A DNA stretch of 45,014 nt, from the IMG/VR virus record IMGVR_UViG_3300037478_000309, positions 1 through 45,014 of that record. One strand, given 5' to 3'. The notes below the pieces were generated by a model. That model searched no databases. It worked only from the letters and a program-made list of their open reading frames with translations, and was not told where the DNA came from. The position numbers and the translations under genes were made by a program. Below are positions 25,301-35,595 of the stretch, one piece after another. Each line of letters starts with the position of its first letter. The stretch's first letter is position 1. Origin of the DNA: a virus (lineage: Duplodnaviria; Caudoviricetes).

Positions 25301-25973
25301 GCCGCTGGTCGCCATAGGCGTGCTGACGCGCAACCGGCCGAGCTACCTTGCCGAGTGCCTGCGTGGCCTGCGCGCCGGCATGCACACCACCTCCTGCGAG
25401 TCGCGCCTGATGATATGGAACAACGGCGAGTCGCGCATACCAGAGCAGACACACGGAGTCGGCTACAACGTCGGCCAGCACGTCAGCATGAACCGGCTGA
25501 TCCAAGAAGCCTCGGACATCGGCGCGGACTGGTTTCTGCGCGTAGACGACGACTGCGTGTTTCAGACGCCGCATTGGCTGCGCAAGATGGTGCATATCGT
25601 GACGCGCCACGTCACCACCTACAAGCGCCCGTGCGTCCTGTCGCCTACCGTCCACGGCTTGCGCAACCCTCCCCCCAGCCTTGGCGACGTGTGGCTTGGC
25701 CGCTACCACCTGCAAATCGTGCCCATCCTCGGCGGCATCTGCCGTCTAATGCCGATGTCGCACCTGCGCTACTGGCGCTTCGACGAGCGCATGCCGATGG
25801 GGTGGAGTGAGGCCAGCAACTACGTCAAATACTGCATGCTCACCAGCATGCCTATACTGCGCACCACCAATATTGAGGTGAGCCACGGCGAGTCCACGGA
25901 TGCACAAGAGGCAGCCGACCCGGACTATGCCTATGAGTCGGAGATGCTTAAGATGACACCGTGGGGGCTATAG
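25260..25973 (+). CDS. GT2-like glycosyltransferase (GT-A)
   Basis: VAIGVLTRNRPSYLAECL, NVG....N, FLRVDDD, FDE. Confidence 0.8.
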   Translation: MPLLAIPGPTKRTKPLVAIGVLTRNRPSYLAECLRGLRAGMHTTSCESRLMIWNNGESRIPEQTHGVGYNVGQHVSMNRLIQEASDIGADWFLRVDDDCVFQTPHWLRKMVHIVTRHVTTYKRPCVLSPTVHGLRNPPPSLGDVWLGRYHLQIVPILGGICRLMPMSHLRYWRFDERMPMGWSEASNYVKYCMLTSMPILRTTNIEVSHGESTDAQEAADPDYAYESEMLKMTPWGL

Positions 25974-26587
25974 TGGGCAGAGAGTCGCGCGCCAATGGCA
26001 AGTGCTGGACGGTCTGCATGGACTTTGACGATCTGGCTGATGGCAACGACCGACTCGATATCCTGCTGCGCCTCAAGGAGCGCGACCCTGGATTCAAGGT
26101 GACCATGTTCGCCATCCCTACTCGCTGTGGAGACGAACTACTGCGCAAATACGACGCCGTGCGCGACTGGGTGCAACTCGGTATCCACGGCTGGCGGCAC
26201 GCGCGCAGCGAGTGCCTCTCATGGACCAGCGAGGAGACGGTGGAGAAGATTGAGATGGCGCGCGGCATCTACCCGCACTTTGCGCCCATCTTCAAGGCCC
26301 CTAACTGGGAGACCGTAGACGAACTATACGCCGGCCTCCAACAGAGCAACGTAGCCATCGCCGACCACATGCGAAACATCGCCATCATGCCAGACGACAT
26401 GCCCAACTACATCTACAATATGCGGCTGCGCGACGATCACCTGCGCCGCATGCACGGCCACATTCAACCAACCTTCTGGGACAAGGGAATCGAGGGCGAC
26501 TATGAGTTGTGGAGTTCACCGCCAGTCGGAAGCACCTACGTCTGGGCTGCCGAAGCGGTTGCACCGAGAAAGCCACTCGCGGTCTGA
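25961..26587 (+). CDS. Polysaccharide deacetylase-like protein (CE4/NodB, DUF2334-like)
   Basis: DFDD, VTMFAIP, GIHGWRH, FKAP.W, HGH. Confidence 0.8.
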   Translation: MGAIVGRESRANGKCWTVCMDFDDLADGNDRLDILLRLKERDPGFKVTMFAIPTRCGDELLRKYDAVRDWVQLGIHGWRHARSECLSWTSEETVEKIEMARGIYPHFAPIFKAPNWETVDELYAGLQQSNVAIADHMRNIAIMPDDMPNYIYNMRLRDDHLRRMHGHIQPTFWDKGIEGDYELWSSPPVGSTYVWAAEAVAPRKPLAV

Positions 26588-27173
26588 CGCCGACTATGTT
26601 GCGGCGCAGGCCAATGACTCGTCATGGTCGTCGCAGACTGAGTGGGGTGAAGCGGCTGCGGGGAAGTTCATTCAGATGGGTGAGGCGCTCAAGGCCACCG
26701 GCCAGATGTTCCATGACGACACGGTGGCTGACTTCGGCGGGAACGATGGTTACGCCGCCAACGAGTTCTTCAAGGCGCACGCCATTAAGCCGCTCGTCGT
26801 TGATTGCGAGCCTCAGCGCATTGAACACGCCCGTGTGGTGTACGGCCTATCGACCTATGAAGCGTTCATCGAAGACATGAAGGATCTCGCTGACAAGAGC
26901 ATCGACTGGGGCTTCTGCTCGCACACGCTGGAGCACACGCGCGACACGGCCAAGGCGCTGCGAGAGATTGCGCGCGTTGTGAAGCGTGGCTGCCTGTTCA
27001 TCCTCCCAATCGAGGACGAAGAGCATGCGGCCCGCAACATGGCTCACGCCTGCCACGCCGACTCGCTGAAAGAGTGGAAGGCGCTGGTGCTGGCAAACGG
27101 GTGGAAGGTGACGAAGCACGGCGCGCGCCGCCCCATACCGCAGGAGTGCTACATCATGGCGGTGCCGAAGTGA
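26502..27173 (+). CDS. Class I SAM methyltransferase (Methyltransf_11-like)
   Basis: VADFGGNDG, VVDC, SHTLEH...ALREIARV.KRG; start uncertain. Confidence 0.85.
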   Translation: MSCGVHRQSEAPTSGLPKRLHRESHSRSDADYVAAQANDSSWSSQTEWGEAAAGKFIQMGEALKATGQMFHDDTVADFGGNDGYAANEFFKAHAIKPLVVDCEPQRIEHARVVYGLSTYEAFIEDMKDLADKSIDWGFCSHTLEHTRDTAKALREIARVVKRGCLFILPIEDEEHAARNMAHACHADSLKEWKALVLANGWKVTKHGARRPIPQECYIMAVPK

Positions 27174-28267
27174 AGATTGTCGGGTTTGCCGCCGAGAACA
27201 TGGCCAGCAGCCATCTCCGCGTGCGCCAGTGGATTGACGCCATGAAGGCGCGCGGTCACAGCGCCGACTTCTACGACGACGGCATGGACAACCTAGCCAA
27301 GTTCGACGAGCGGGTGCGCGGCGCTGACGTGGTGGTGTACGGCCGCACGCACGACGGCCGCAAGGTGGCGTTGCTGCACGGCGGCAAGAAGGTGCATGGC
27401 TACAAGATTGTGTGCGACACAGACGACCTGGTAACCGACATCCCGTCCTACAACTTCGCCGCGCAGATGTTCCACGACGCCAGCGGGTTCAAGCGATTGT
27501 TCATCATGCAATACCGCTTGGCCGACGCGGTGACGTGCAGCACGCGCTACCTCGTCGAGGCGACGAAGGAATTCACGCCTAACGTCTATCTGGTGCCCAA
27601 CTGCGCAGATATGGCGCTATGGAGCGGCGTGCGCACCCGTCAGAAGGAAGCGCGCCACCGCGACGACATCCGCGTCTACTGGGGCGGCGGCGGCGGCCAT
27701 TGGGACGATGTGCTGAAACTGAGAGACCCATTGCTGCGTATTTTCGCAGAGCGCCCGCAGGTTAAACTCATTTTCAGCAACTTTGTGCCTGCGTGGGCGG
27801 CGACCCTGCCGCAGCATCGGGTATTCTTCCTCCCGCTGGCACCTTATCGCGGCCCGTGGCAGAAGATACTCGCGTGGCTGTGCGTGGACATCGGGCTCGC
27901 GCCGCTTGTCGCCAACCCGTTCAACCGCGCCAAGTCGCATGTGAAGTGGCTGGATTACGGGATGGCGCGCATCGCCGGTGTATATGAGTCCATCGACGCC
28001 TATGACTCAGTGGTAGACGGTGTCACCGGTCTTAAGGCATCCACGCCAGACGAGTGGTACGAGCGCATCCGTCTTCTGGTAGATGAGTCGGCGTTGCGGC
28101 AGAGGCTTGGCGATCAGGCGCGCCGCGATGTCATGGCGCATTGGATGGTAGGCCAGCATGTCGCAGACTACGAACGCATGTTGAAGCGCGTCTGCGGCAT
28201 GCCAAGGGTTGAGGTGGTTGAACTTGTCGAGGGTGAAGAAGTGGAGGCGGTGCCATGCCAGACCTAA
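27170..28267 (+). CDS. Glycosyltransferase family 4-like (GT-B)
   Basis: DTDDL, ADAVTCST, VPN, DIGLAPL..NPFNRAKS.VKWLDY, DGVTGL; GTGA overlap. Confidence 0.9.
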   Translation: MKIVGFAAENMASSHLRVRQWIDAMKARGHSADFYDDGMDNLAKFDERVRGADVVVYGRTHDGRKVALLHGGKKVHGYKIVCDTDDLVTDIPSYNFAAQMFHDASGFKRLFIMQYRLADAVTCSTRYLVEATKEFTPNVYLVPNCADMALWSGVRTRQKEARHRDDIRVYWGGGGGHWDDVLKLRDPLLRIFAERPQVKLIFSNFVPAWAATLPQHRVFFLPLAPYRGPWQKILAWLCVDIGLAPLVANPFNRAKSHVKWLDYGMARIAGVYESIDAYDSVVDGVTGLKASTPDEWYERIRLLVDESALRQRLGDQARRDVMAHWMVGQHVADYERMLKRVCGMPRVEVVELVEGEEVEAVPCQT

Positions 28268-28989
28268 CAGTCACACTAAGCGGCAGCGGCGAGACCACGA
28301 GCGCAGCGGGCAACCGCATGGTAAGCGAGGTGGCACGCATCGTGGGCGACGAGACGGACAATGACATACGGTCGCAGGCGCTGGGCTGCATCAACCGCAT
28401 CCGCATGGCGCTGAATCGGCGCGAGTGGCGCTTCAAGAAGGTGACGGCGTCGGCTATCACGCTGGTCAACGGCACCAAGACGTATACGCTGCCGAGCGCC
28501 TTCAACCGGCCGTCATTCGCGCGCCTGCTGGACACCAACAGCAAGCCAGACGCCGACCTCATCTATGTGGACGACGCATGGTTTGCGCACGCCCAGCGCG
28601 ACCAGGAACTCACCGGCCAGCCGCTCTACTACATGCTGCGCAACCATTTCTCCGATGGGCTCGTCACAGTGTTCCCGACGCCGGACTCCAGCGCGGCCAC
28701 CAACTGGACGCTGAGCGTTGAGTACTACGGCCGCATCGCCGAGATCGCCGACGACGCCACGGCCATCAGCGAGCCAGAGGAACTGTATGAGGTTCTGGTT
28801 GCAGGCGGCCAGTACTGCATGCTCAAGGAGCGCAACCATGCTGACCGCATGCCCGCCGCGCGGCTGGATTACTTGCAGGCTGTGAATGATCTCATGACGT
28901 GGGACAGGCGCGTGAGTGACGAGCGGGCGCGGTTCACCATTGGCGCTGGCCGCCCGCAAACCGGCACGCTCTCCATAAGGATCGACTAG
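28255..28989 (+). CDS. Head-tail adaptor protein
   Basis: W.F...T...ITLV.G...Y.LP, G.P.YY, FPTPD. Confidence 0.75.
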   Translation: MPDLTVTLSGSGETTSAAGNRMVSEVARIVGDETDNDIRSQALGCINRIRMALNRREWRFKKVTASAITLVNGTKTYTLPSAFNRPSFARLLDTNSKPDADLIYVDDAWFAHAQRDQELTGQPLYYMLRNHFSDGLVTVFPTPDSSAATNWTLSVEYYGRIAEIADDATAISEPEELYEVLVAGGQYCMLKERNHADRMPAARLDYLQAVNDLMTWDRRVSDERARFTIGAGRPQTGTLSIRID

Positions 28990-30128
28990 TGGCGCAACTT
29001 GGTAAACTGGTATTCGCAATCAAAGACCCGGCGGGCAATGCGCTCAGCGGCGTCAGCGTCGAGGTGCGCAAGCAGGGGGCGCAGATCAACGGGGCGCACG
29101 CCGGGGCCAACACCACGTTCACCGTGGACGACCCTGGCGCAATCATCGCCGGGGATCAGGTGAATGTGGACACTGGGAGCACGACTCGCAGCGTATCCAG
29201 CATCACGGCGACTACGGTGGTAGTCGGCGGTGCCGGGTTCGACGATGTGGATGACGACTCGCGCCTCACCGACATCACCCTGCCTACCATCTACAACGAC
29301 GCTATCGGCAACGAGACGAAGAGCAATCCTCTGACTACCGACGCGGCTGGCGAAGTCTTCTGCTGGATGGTAGGCGGCAAGTATGATGTGCTGGTGTCGG
29401 GCGGCGGCGCGACCACTAAACTCTACACCGACCAGACGGCGACGGGCGGCGAGTCAGTGCAGTCCACCATATTCAGCGGGACGGCGTACAAGTACGACAC
29501 CGTGCGGGCGCTGGCGGCCACGGACTTGCTGCTGGACCTATCAACGGCTGGCACCAACAAGTTCAAGGTGATGGGGGACGGGGAGATTGTGGCGGGAGAG
29601 GCGGGGGCAACGCACGCGTTAACTGGCACTCTTTCAGTGTCCGGCGCCACAACGCTGACTGGCGGAATTGCCACCAGCACGGCTCTCACCGGAACACTTA
29701 CAGCATCTACTGGGTTGGTGGCCACAACTGGCAACATTCAGGCAACGGCAGGGGATTTTGATGGCCGCAGACTCAAGATGGATAACGGCACCGCGCTTGT
29801 AGATGGCGATGTGACTCTCGGGGCTGGGTGGGGTAACACGGCAACGGCCACAATGCAGGCGGGTAGCACGGATACCAGGGGCGCGGTACTCATAACATGC
29901 GGAGGTGCTGGCATAGCAGCCGATCCGAATGTGCTAATTGTGTTCAAGGACGGCACGTATGGTGCCACGACATGGCCTCTTGTTAGTCACGGAGGGACGA
30001 ATCAGTCTCCGGAGATCGCAGTTGACTGGGTGGTATCAACGTCCAGCGCCACTCAAATGAACCTCATCTTCGTAGGCACACCGTCCAATACTTTCTCTTA
30101 TCTGGTTCGCTGGTATCTCATAGGGTAG
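28989..30128 (+). CDS. Tail fibre / virion appendage protein
   Basis: G/T/A-rich; N-terminal ~150 aa paralogous to 30154-32079. Confidence 0.65.
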   Translation: MAQLGKLVFAIKDPAGNALSGVSVEVRKQGAQINGAHAGANTTFTVDDPGAIIAGDQVNVDTGSTTRSVSSITATTVVVGGAGFDDVDDDSRLTDITLPTIYNDAIGNETKSNPLTTDAAGEVFCWMVGGKYDVLVSGGGATTKLYTDQTATGGESVQSTIFSGTAYKYDTVRALAATDLLLDLSTAGTNKFKVMGDGEIVAGEAGATHALTGTLSVSGATTLTGGIATSTALTGTLTASTGLVATTGNIQATAGDFDGRRLKMDNGTALVDGDVTLGAGWGNTATATMQAGSTDTRGAVLITCGGAGIAADPNVLIVFKDGTYGATTWPLVSHGGTNQSPEIAVDWVVSTSSATQMNLIFVGTPSNTFSYLVRWYLIG

Positions 30129-30153
30129 ATGACTCAGGCATGGTGATAGGCTA

Positions 30154-32079
30154 ATGTCTCAACTCGGCCGCTTCGACCATCGCGTCCCGGACACGCTCGG
30201 CAACGCCATCAGCGGTGCATCCGTCGCCATCTACCGCGAGGGCGCCACTGTCAATGGGAATCAGTCGGGCACATCGCCTCTGACAGTCACCGCGTGGCAT
30301 CGTGGGAAGATAGCCGCCGCCGACACCGTGTTCGTCAACACCACCACCGGCACCACCTACTCGGTAGACTCGGTGACGGCTACTACGGTGGTCCTTAGCG
30401 GCTTCGCTGGCACGCTTGCGCTGACGGGTGGCGACCGCATCACACCGTCCAACTCGCAGCCGACGCTCTACTCGGACGATCAAGGCGGGGCGACGACGAC
30501 AAATCCCCTGACGACATCGTCAACTGGCCGCGCGCAATGCTGGATGAACACCGGCGCATATGATGTTATTGTCAGCGGTGGCGGCGCTACGACTACGGCG
30601 TTCGTGGGTGAGGTGACGGTAGGCGAGTCACCTGCCACTGTCATCAGCGGCGAGACGGACTCAGCGACCGCCGTTGCACACATCGAGGATACCTACTTCT
30701 CGCTGGCGACGGCTGGCGGCAAGTTAAAGTCGTGGCGCAATGCCGGGGTGGAGAAGGCTTACCTTGGACAGGACGGAACGCTGTCTATCAATGGCGACCT
30801 GATTGTCTCCGGATCAGTGACTCCCGCAGCGTTTGGCAACATCCGCTGGGCGCATCTATACGATAGCGCCACGAGCGAGACGGGGGGCATCCAGGAGGCT
30901 ATTGACAGCATCACAGATGCGAGTGAGACGAACCCCTACACCGTCATGCTCCGGCCTGGAATTTACGATGTGACTCATGCCGATACAGCCGTAGTTGGTA
31001 TCAACGTGTGGGGAACTGGGCTCGATGGAACCGGCGACAGCCGAAACTGGATTGCGCTTGCCGGAATGGATGCGGCTACCTGCATCATCACGAGGACGAC
31101 CGCCGCAAGCTCGTTGGTTGGGGTTATCCAGGCGTGCCATAACCAGTACATCTCTAACCTGACGATTGACTGCGAGGTAACGCGACATATTCATTGGGAC
31201 CCCACTGTGGTTCCGGCTGGTGGAGCGCTGCTTGACTGCCAGAATGTACGGTTCTTGTCGGTTTCCGGAGCCGCGTCTCAATCTGGAATTTCTGCGGGAG
31301 CAACCGGCGGGAGCGCCGCATCCACAAAGGTGCGTATACACGGGTGCCACTTTCAGAGCGGAGCAATTGCAATTCATGGAGGCTCAGGCGCTGATGTATA
31401 TGGAGTAGAAATCTGGATAACTGCGAACACGTTTGATCTGACCGGAGCGATTGCCGGATTTAGCATTCCGTCGATTGCAGAACCGTGGTCATTCTATGTG
31501 AGCGGCAACGTGCAGAAATACTACAACGTCGATCCGGGCAGCGGTGGAATCAACCTGAACATGCCAACTATTGTTGCTGATGGAAAGCATGTGAAGGTTG
31601 TCACAGATGGCAGTCTGCGCGCCACAGACACAGTTACCAATCCGAATGTCGTAACCGACAACAGCGAAAACTATTTCTACAACGCTTTTGTCTACCCAAT
31701 GGAACATACAGGAACACAGTGTCTCACGGGAGTCACTAGTGGCGATGTAATAGTATACAGACCGGCATCGGGAGATTACGATGTAACCACAACCGCGAAT
31801 GATCCGTGGCCTGCGGTGTGTTGCAATCAGCTTGATACGACCTCAACAGCAAACTGGTTCCCGCGTCTCTGTGCCGGGCCGATGGGTGTCTGCTTCGTGG
31901 AGAGCGCGCAGGTTGTTGCACCTGGAGACACGCTCGTAACCAGCGTGACGGCAAAGGATGCCTTCGTAAACAACGCCCAGACCGATATGACACGCATCAT
32001 CGGGTGGGCCATCAACGGCAAGACGGCCGGTACGCGCCGCCTTGTTACCTTCCGACGCAACATGACGCTGGCGTGGTGA
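30154..32079 (+). CDS. Tailspike with probable beta-helix (depolymerase-like) domain
   Basis: IQEAIDSITDAS..NPY.V.L.PG.Y beta-helix cap; ISNLTI-type repeats. Confidence 0.75.
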   Translation: MSQLGRFDHRVPDTLGNAISGASVAIYREGATVNGNQSGTSPLTVTAWHRGKIAAADTVFVNTTTGTTYSVDSVTATTVVLSGFAGTLALTGGDRITPSNSQPTLYSDDQGGATTTNPLTTSSTGRAQCWMNTGAYDVIVSGGGATTTAFVGEVTVGESPATVISGETDSATAVAHIEDTYFSLATAGGKLKSWRNAGVEKAYLGQDGTLSINGDLIVSGSVTPAAFGNIRWAHLYDSATSETGGIQEAIDSITDASETNPYTVMLRPGIYDVTHADTAVVGINVWGTGLDGTGDSRNWIALAGMDAATCIITRTTAASSLVGVIQACHNQYISNLTIDCEVTRHIHWDPTVVPAGGALLDCQNVRFLSVSGAASQSGISAGATGGSAASTKVRIHGCHFQSGAIAIHGGSGADVYGVEIWITANTFDLTGAIAGFSIPSIAEPWSFYVSGNVQKYYNVDPGSGGINLNMPTIVADGKHVKVVTDGSLRATDTVTNPNVVTDNSENYFYNAFVYPMEHTGTQCLTGVTSGDVIVYRPASGDYDVTTTANDPWPAVCCNQLDTTSTANWFPRLCAGPMGVCFVESAQVVAPGDTLVTSVTAKDAFVNNAQTDMTRIIGWAINGKTAGTRRLVTFRRNMTLAW

Positions 32080-32082
32080 CGG

Positions 32083-33930
32083 ATGCCTAACCTCACTCTC
32101 CCGCTCAACAAAGGCTGCGCCAGCGGCGTTGACCCATCGCTGATCAAGCCGGGCGAGTTGCAGGAGGCTGAGGGTGTTATCTACAAACCCGGCGACGAGG
32201 CGGCGCACAAGCATGGCGGGCGCACGTCATTTGCCACGGTGACGGCGGCGGCGGTTAATGGTCTCGCCTTCATTGACTTCGACACAGCCGACGACTTGCT
32301 GATTGCGCAGTCCAATGGCAGCCTCTACTCGTCCACCATTGCGGGGGCATCATTCGCGGCCATTCGCACTGGTCTCACCGCCAGCGCCACGCAGATTGAC
32401 GGCACCAAGTTCTCCGACAACTATGTGTGCTGCAACGGCGTGGACACCAACTGGCTGGTGCTGAACTCGAATACCACCATACGCCACGGTCTGGACGCGA
32501 ATACCGTAGCGCCGACGCACTCTCTGGCCGGGAGCGCGCTCACTGGGGTATTCGACTACTGGGCGACGGAGTGGGACAACACGAACTCGGTAGAGAGCGC
32601 GTTTACTGGGACGGCGCTGAGCGTCACGGCCGCCGACGATATCGTGACTATCACCAAGCCGACGACGGTGAACAGCAGCGCGACGCACTGGCGGATATAC
32701 CGCAGCAAGGACACCGGCTCCTACCCTAACGGCTGGCTGCTGGCGACAACGGCGATTGGCACGACGACTTATGCCGACTCGACGGCAGACGCCGATCTCG
32801 TGCTGCTGGCACCCTATCCCACCGTGGAGATCAACGGCGTGCAGGAGAGCGAGAACGCCGAGCCGCCGGTGCTGCGGAGCGTCACCACATTCCACGGCAG
32901 CCTCGTGGGTGTAGCTGACCGCAGCATGTACTGGAGCGCGCCTGGCAACCTGCACGGCTTCCCGGCTTCCTACGCCACGCCGTTCCAGTTTCTCTTCGGC
33001 GGGCAGGCGCGCTGTGTGCGGCGCGTAGGCGACACTCTGGTGGTTCTATCGGACAACGAGGTGTGGCGCGTCAACTATCTGCCCAGCGAGTTGGACAGCG
33101 TATTCGACGCCTCAGTAGCGCGTGAACACATCGGCAACTTCGGCACGCCGTCGCCCACGGGGGCATGCGTGTTCAGCGGATGGGGCGGTCGGCCCATGTG
33201 TTTCTACGCCAGCCGCAGCGGGCCGATGCTGACCGACGCCAACTCGGTGGACCGCGCGGTGCGGGCTATCGATTGGACTGGCATGGTGAGCCTCGCCAAC
33301 CTGTCCACCTGCGTGGTGTACGACTTCCCAGACCAGTGGCGCGTGCATATGGACTTCACCAGCGACGGCACCACCTGGAAGCGCCTGCACTTCTACTACG
33401 ACCCATATCGCATCGGCACCGAGGCCGGCTTCCCAGAACTCGTGTGGACTGGGCCGCACCTTATACCCGGACCAGGGTGTTATGCCACTGTGTCTGGCGA
33501 AGGACGCATATACGCAGCCAGCAAAACGACTAGTGGCGCGGTGTACCGAGAGGAGAGTGGGACAGAGGATGCGGCCGACTTGGTAGATGCCAGCGGGACG
33601 GTGAACTGCCGCCTGCGTATCGGGCGCACCTATCCGGGTGGCATAGGCGGCAGCGGGCGATTCCCGAACGTCTGGGTACACAAGGCGTCGGCCGGCACGG
33701 GCTCCTACACCACCACCATGACGGCGTGGAAGGAGAACGTCGGCAGCACCAGCCGCACCAAGTCGGTGTCCGCGACGACGCAGGGTGCCACCAGCAAGGA
33801 CTTCAACCTTAGCGGCATGGGCTTTGACGTGCGCATCGTGCGGGACGACACCGCCGCTATGCCGGCCATCAACAACATCACCGTCGAGTTGCAGGATCTG
33901 GTCAGCTTCCTGCCGACGCCGAGGTCATAG
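32083..33930 (+). CDS. Tail nozzle / stabilisation protein (P22 gp10 / tubular B-like)
   Basis: 615 aa; G...G.D...I..GE N-terminus, WRIYRS, beta-propeller-like strands. Confidence 0.65.
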   Translation: MPNLTLPLNKGCASGVDPSLIKPGELQEAEGVIYKPGDEAAHKHGGRTSFATVTAAAVNGLAFIDFDTADDLLIAQSNGSLYSSTIAGASFAAIRTGLTASATQIDGTKFSDNYVCCNGVDTNWLVLNSNTTIRHGLDANTVAPTHSLAGSALTGVFDYWATEWDNTNSVESAFTGTALSVTAADDIVTITKPTTVNSSATHWRIYRSKDTGSYPNGWLLATTAIGTTTYADSTADADLVLLAPYPTVEINGVQESENAEPPVLRSVTTFHGSLVGVADRSMYWSAPGNLHGFPASYATPFQFLFGGQARCVRRVGDTLVVLSDNEVWRVNYLPSELDSVFDASVAREHIGNFGTPSPTGACVFSGWGGRPMCFYASRSGPMLTDANSVDRAVRAIDWTGMVSLANLSTCVVYDFPDQWRVHMDFTSDGTTWKRLHFYYDPYRIGTEAGFPELVWTGPHLIPGPGCYATVSGEGRIYAASKTTSGAVYREESGTEDAADLVDASGTVNCRLRIGRTYPGGIGGSGRFPNVWVHKASAGTGSYTTTMTAWKENVGSTSRTKSVSATTQGATSKDFNLSGMGFDVRIVRDDTAAMPAINNITVELQDLVSFLPTPRS

Positions 33931-33931
33931 A

Positions 33932-35266
33932 ATGGCGCTGGGCCGCACACACATAGTCGCACCGCTGGGGGCCAGCGACGACACGCGCAAGCTGGTGAAT
34001 CGCGTCAATGTCGGCCTGCGCGCACTCGACCGCCGCAAGCCAATAGCCACGCCAAGCGTGTTCCGCGACGACACCTCGCGCCCGACAGCCGAGGGCAACC
34101 GTGGCCGCATCATCTTCGTGCAGAACGCCGACGGCACGGTGACGGGGCAGTATAGCGATGGTGCAGTGTGGCAGACGTTTCTTGCCACCTCCGTCTCATT
34201 CGCCACGCCGACTGTCACCTATGGCACCACGTACAGCGCTGGGACGCTCGGGACCACCATACGCAGCGATGCACGCCTAAAGTTCCCGACGGCGCTTATG
34301 TCGTCGGCTAACGACTCGACGCTCACACTCACCGACGACGCCACCGACCAGACGCTCACCGCGAGTCTCGGTGTCCTGAATATCGTCCCCGGCACCGGGA
34401 TTAGCATCAATTTCCCCGATAGCGCCGCCGCTTCGCTCGTCATCAAGCCAAATACGACGACGGCGGCAGGTACTGTAGTAACCGTACAAGGCCGTCCCGC
34501 TGCCGGAACCCGAACGCTCATAGGCCCAACTTGGTTCGCCCCTGCTTCGAGCGACATATTCAGCGGCCAGCCATTCCGATGCTGGGATGCGGCATTCCCG
34601 GCATTCCTCGGTCAACACACGAGCAGCGTATTCGTTGGGTATGACGTATCGGCGATGACGATCAGCCCCTCGGCGAGTAGCGGTGCGGATAATAAGGCGT
34701 ATGGCTTCCGCGCCACCAACTTGACCATCGGCTCCGGCAACGGGTCGTGGGCGGAAGTCGCAACGGCCTACTTCCCCGGGGCGGATCGCGTCCTCACGTC
34801 GTTCAAAAGTGATGTTCTGGCGGCTGTCATCATCGAACCGCCGACCGGCTGCAACAAGAAGCAGGACGGAGCGACGGATGTGGATCAGGTCGGGCTTCTG
34901 ATCCGCCAGCGCACCGCCGAAGGAACTGCGCCGACGAATCGTAGCGGTTTGGATGTCCCAGCACAGAACCACGGGACGAACCGTTATGCCGCCCGCCTCT
35001 ATAACCAGACGCTGGTCAGCAACCCAAGCGGGCGGGCTGAGACGGCGCTGATGTTGCAGCAGTTGAACACCGGCGCAACCGCCGGGGCGCACGCCAACCT
35101 CGACGACAAGGCAGGCAACCCGCCAGCGCCTGTGACTGGCGACCTGTGGCGCAATGGGAACGCACTCTACTTCCGGCAGTCTGCGGCGACGGTTGATCTC
35201 ACGGCGGCAGCGGCCGCGGCGGCTGGAACAGACTGGCCGGTTCACTTTGCTATTATGGGTGCCTAG
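33932..35266 (+). CDS. Tail fibre-like structural protein
   Basis: T/A/S-rich; P.APVTGDLW.NG..LYF motif; ends FAIMGA. Confidence 0.6.
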   Translation: MALGRTHIVAPLGASDDTRKLVNRVNVGLRALDRRKPIATPSVFRDDTSRPTAEGNRGRIIFVQNADGTVTGQYSDGAVWQTFLATSVSFATPTVTYGTTYSAGTLGTTIRSDARLKFPTALMSSANDSTLTLTDDATDQTLTASLGVLNIVPGTGISINFPDSAAASLVIKPNTTTAAGTVVTVQGRPAAGTRTLIGPTWFAPASSDIFSGQPFRCWDAAFPAFLGQHTSSVFVGYDVSAMTISPSASSGADNKAYGFRATNLTIGSGNGSWAEVATAYFPGADRVLTSFKSDVLAAVIIEPPTGCNKKQDGATDVDQVGLLIRQRTAEGTAPTNRSGLDVPAQNHGTNRYAARLYNQTLVSNPSGRAETALMLQQLNTGATAGAHANLDDKAGNPPAPVTGDLWRNGNALYFRQSAATVDLTAAAAAAAGTDWPVHFAIMGA

Positions 35267-35595
35267 TGGCGAACACGCTCAAGGTGCTGGGGCAGTCGAA
35301 TCCTGTGGCCACGACGCTTACGGATGCCTATACCGTCCCGGGTGGGGCGAGTGCGACAGCGAGTTCTATACTGGTATGCAACAGGAGCGGCACGGCGACC
35401 ACGTTTCGGATCGGTATCGCAGTCGCGGGCGCGGCGGACACCAATGAGCAGTATATCGCCTACGACACGCCAATCAGCGGGAACGATACGATAGCGTTCA
35501 CTGTCGGGGTAACGCTGGCGGCTACTGATGTAGTGCGTGTGTATGCCACGCTCGCCACGCTTTCGTTCAACATCTTCGGCGTCGAGGTGACGTAA
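35266..35595 (+). CDS. Small virion structural protein
   Basis: KVLGQ..P.ATT.T..YTVP...SI.VCN...SFNIFG.E. Confidence 0.7.
   Translation: MANTLKVLGQSNPVATTLTDAYTVPGGASATASSILVCNRSGTATTFRIGIAVAGAADTNEQYIAYDTPISGNDTIAFTVGVTLAATDVVRVYATLATLSFNIFGVEVT

Noticed and set aside
23796-28267. Gtr-type serotype conversion or DNA glucosylation as the role of the GT block
   Set aside because: No flippase or multi-TM transferase, no hydroxymethylase or phage polymerase, and the block sits in the structural operon; disfavoured but not excluded
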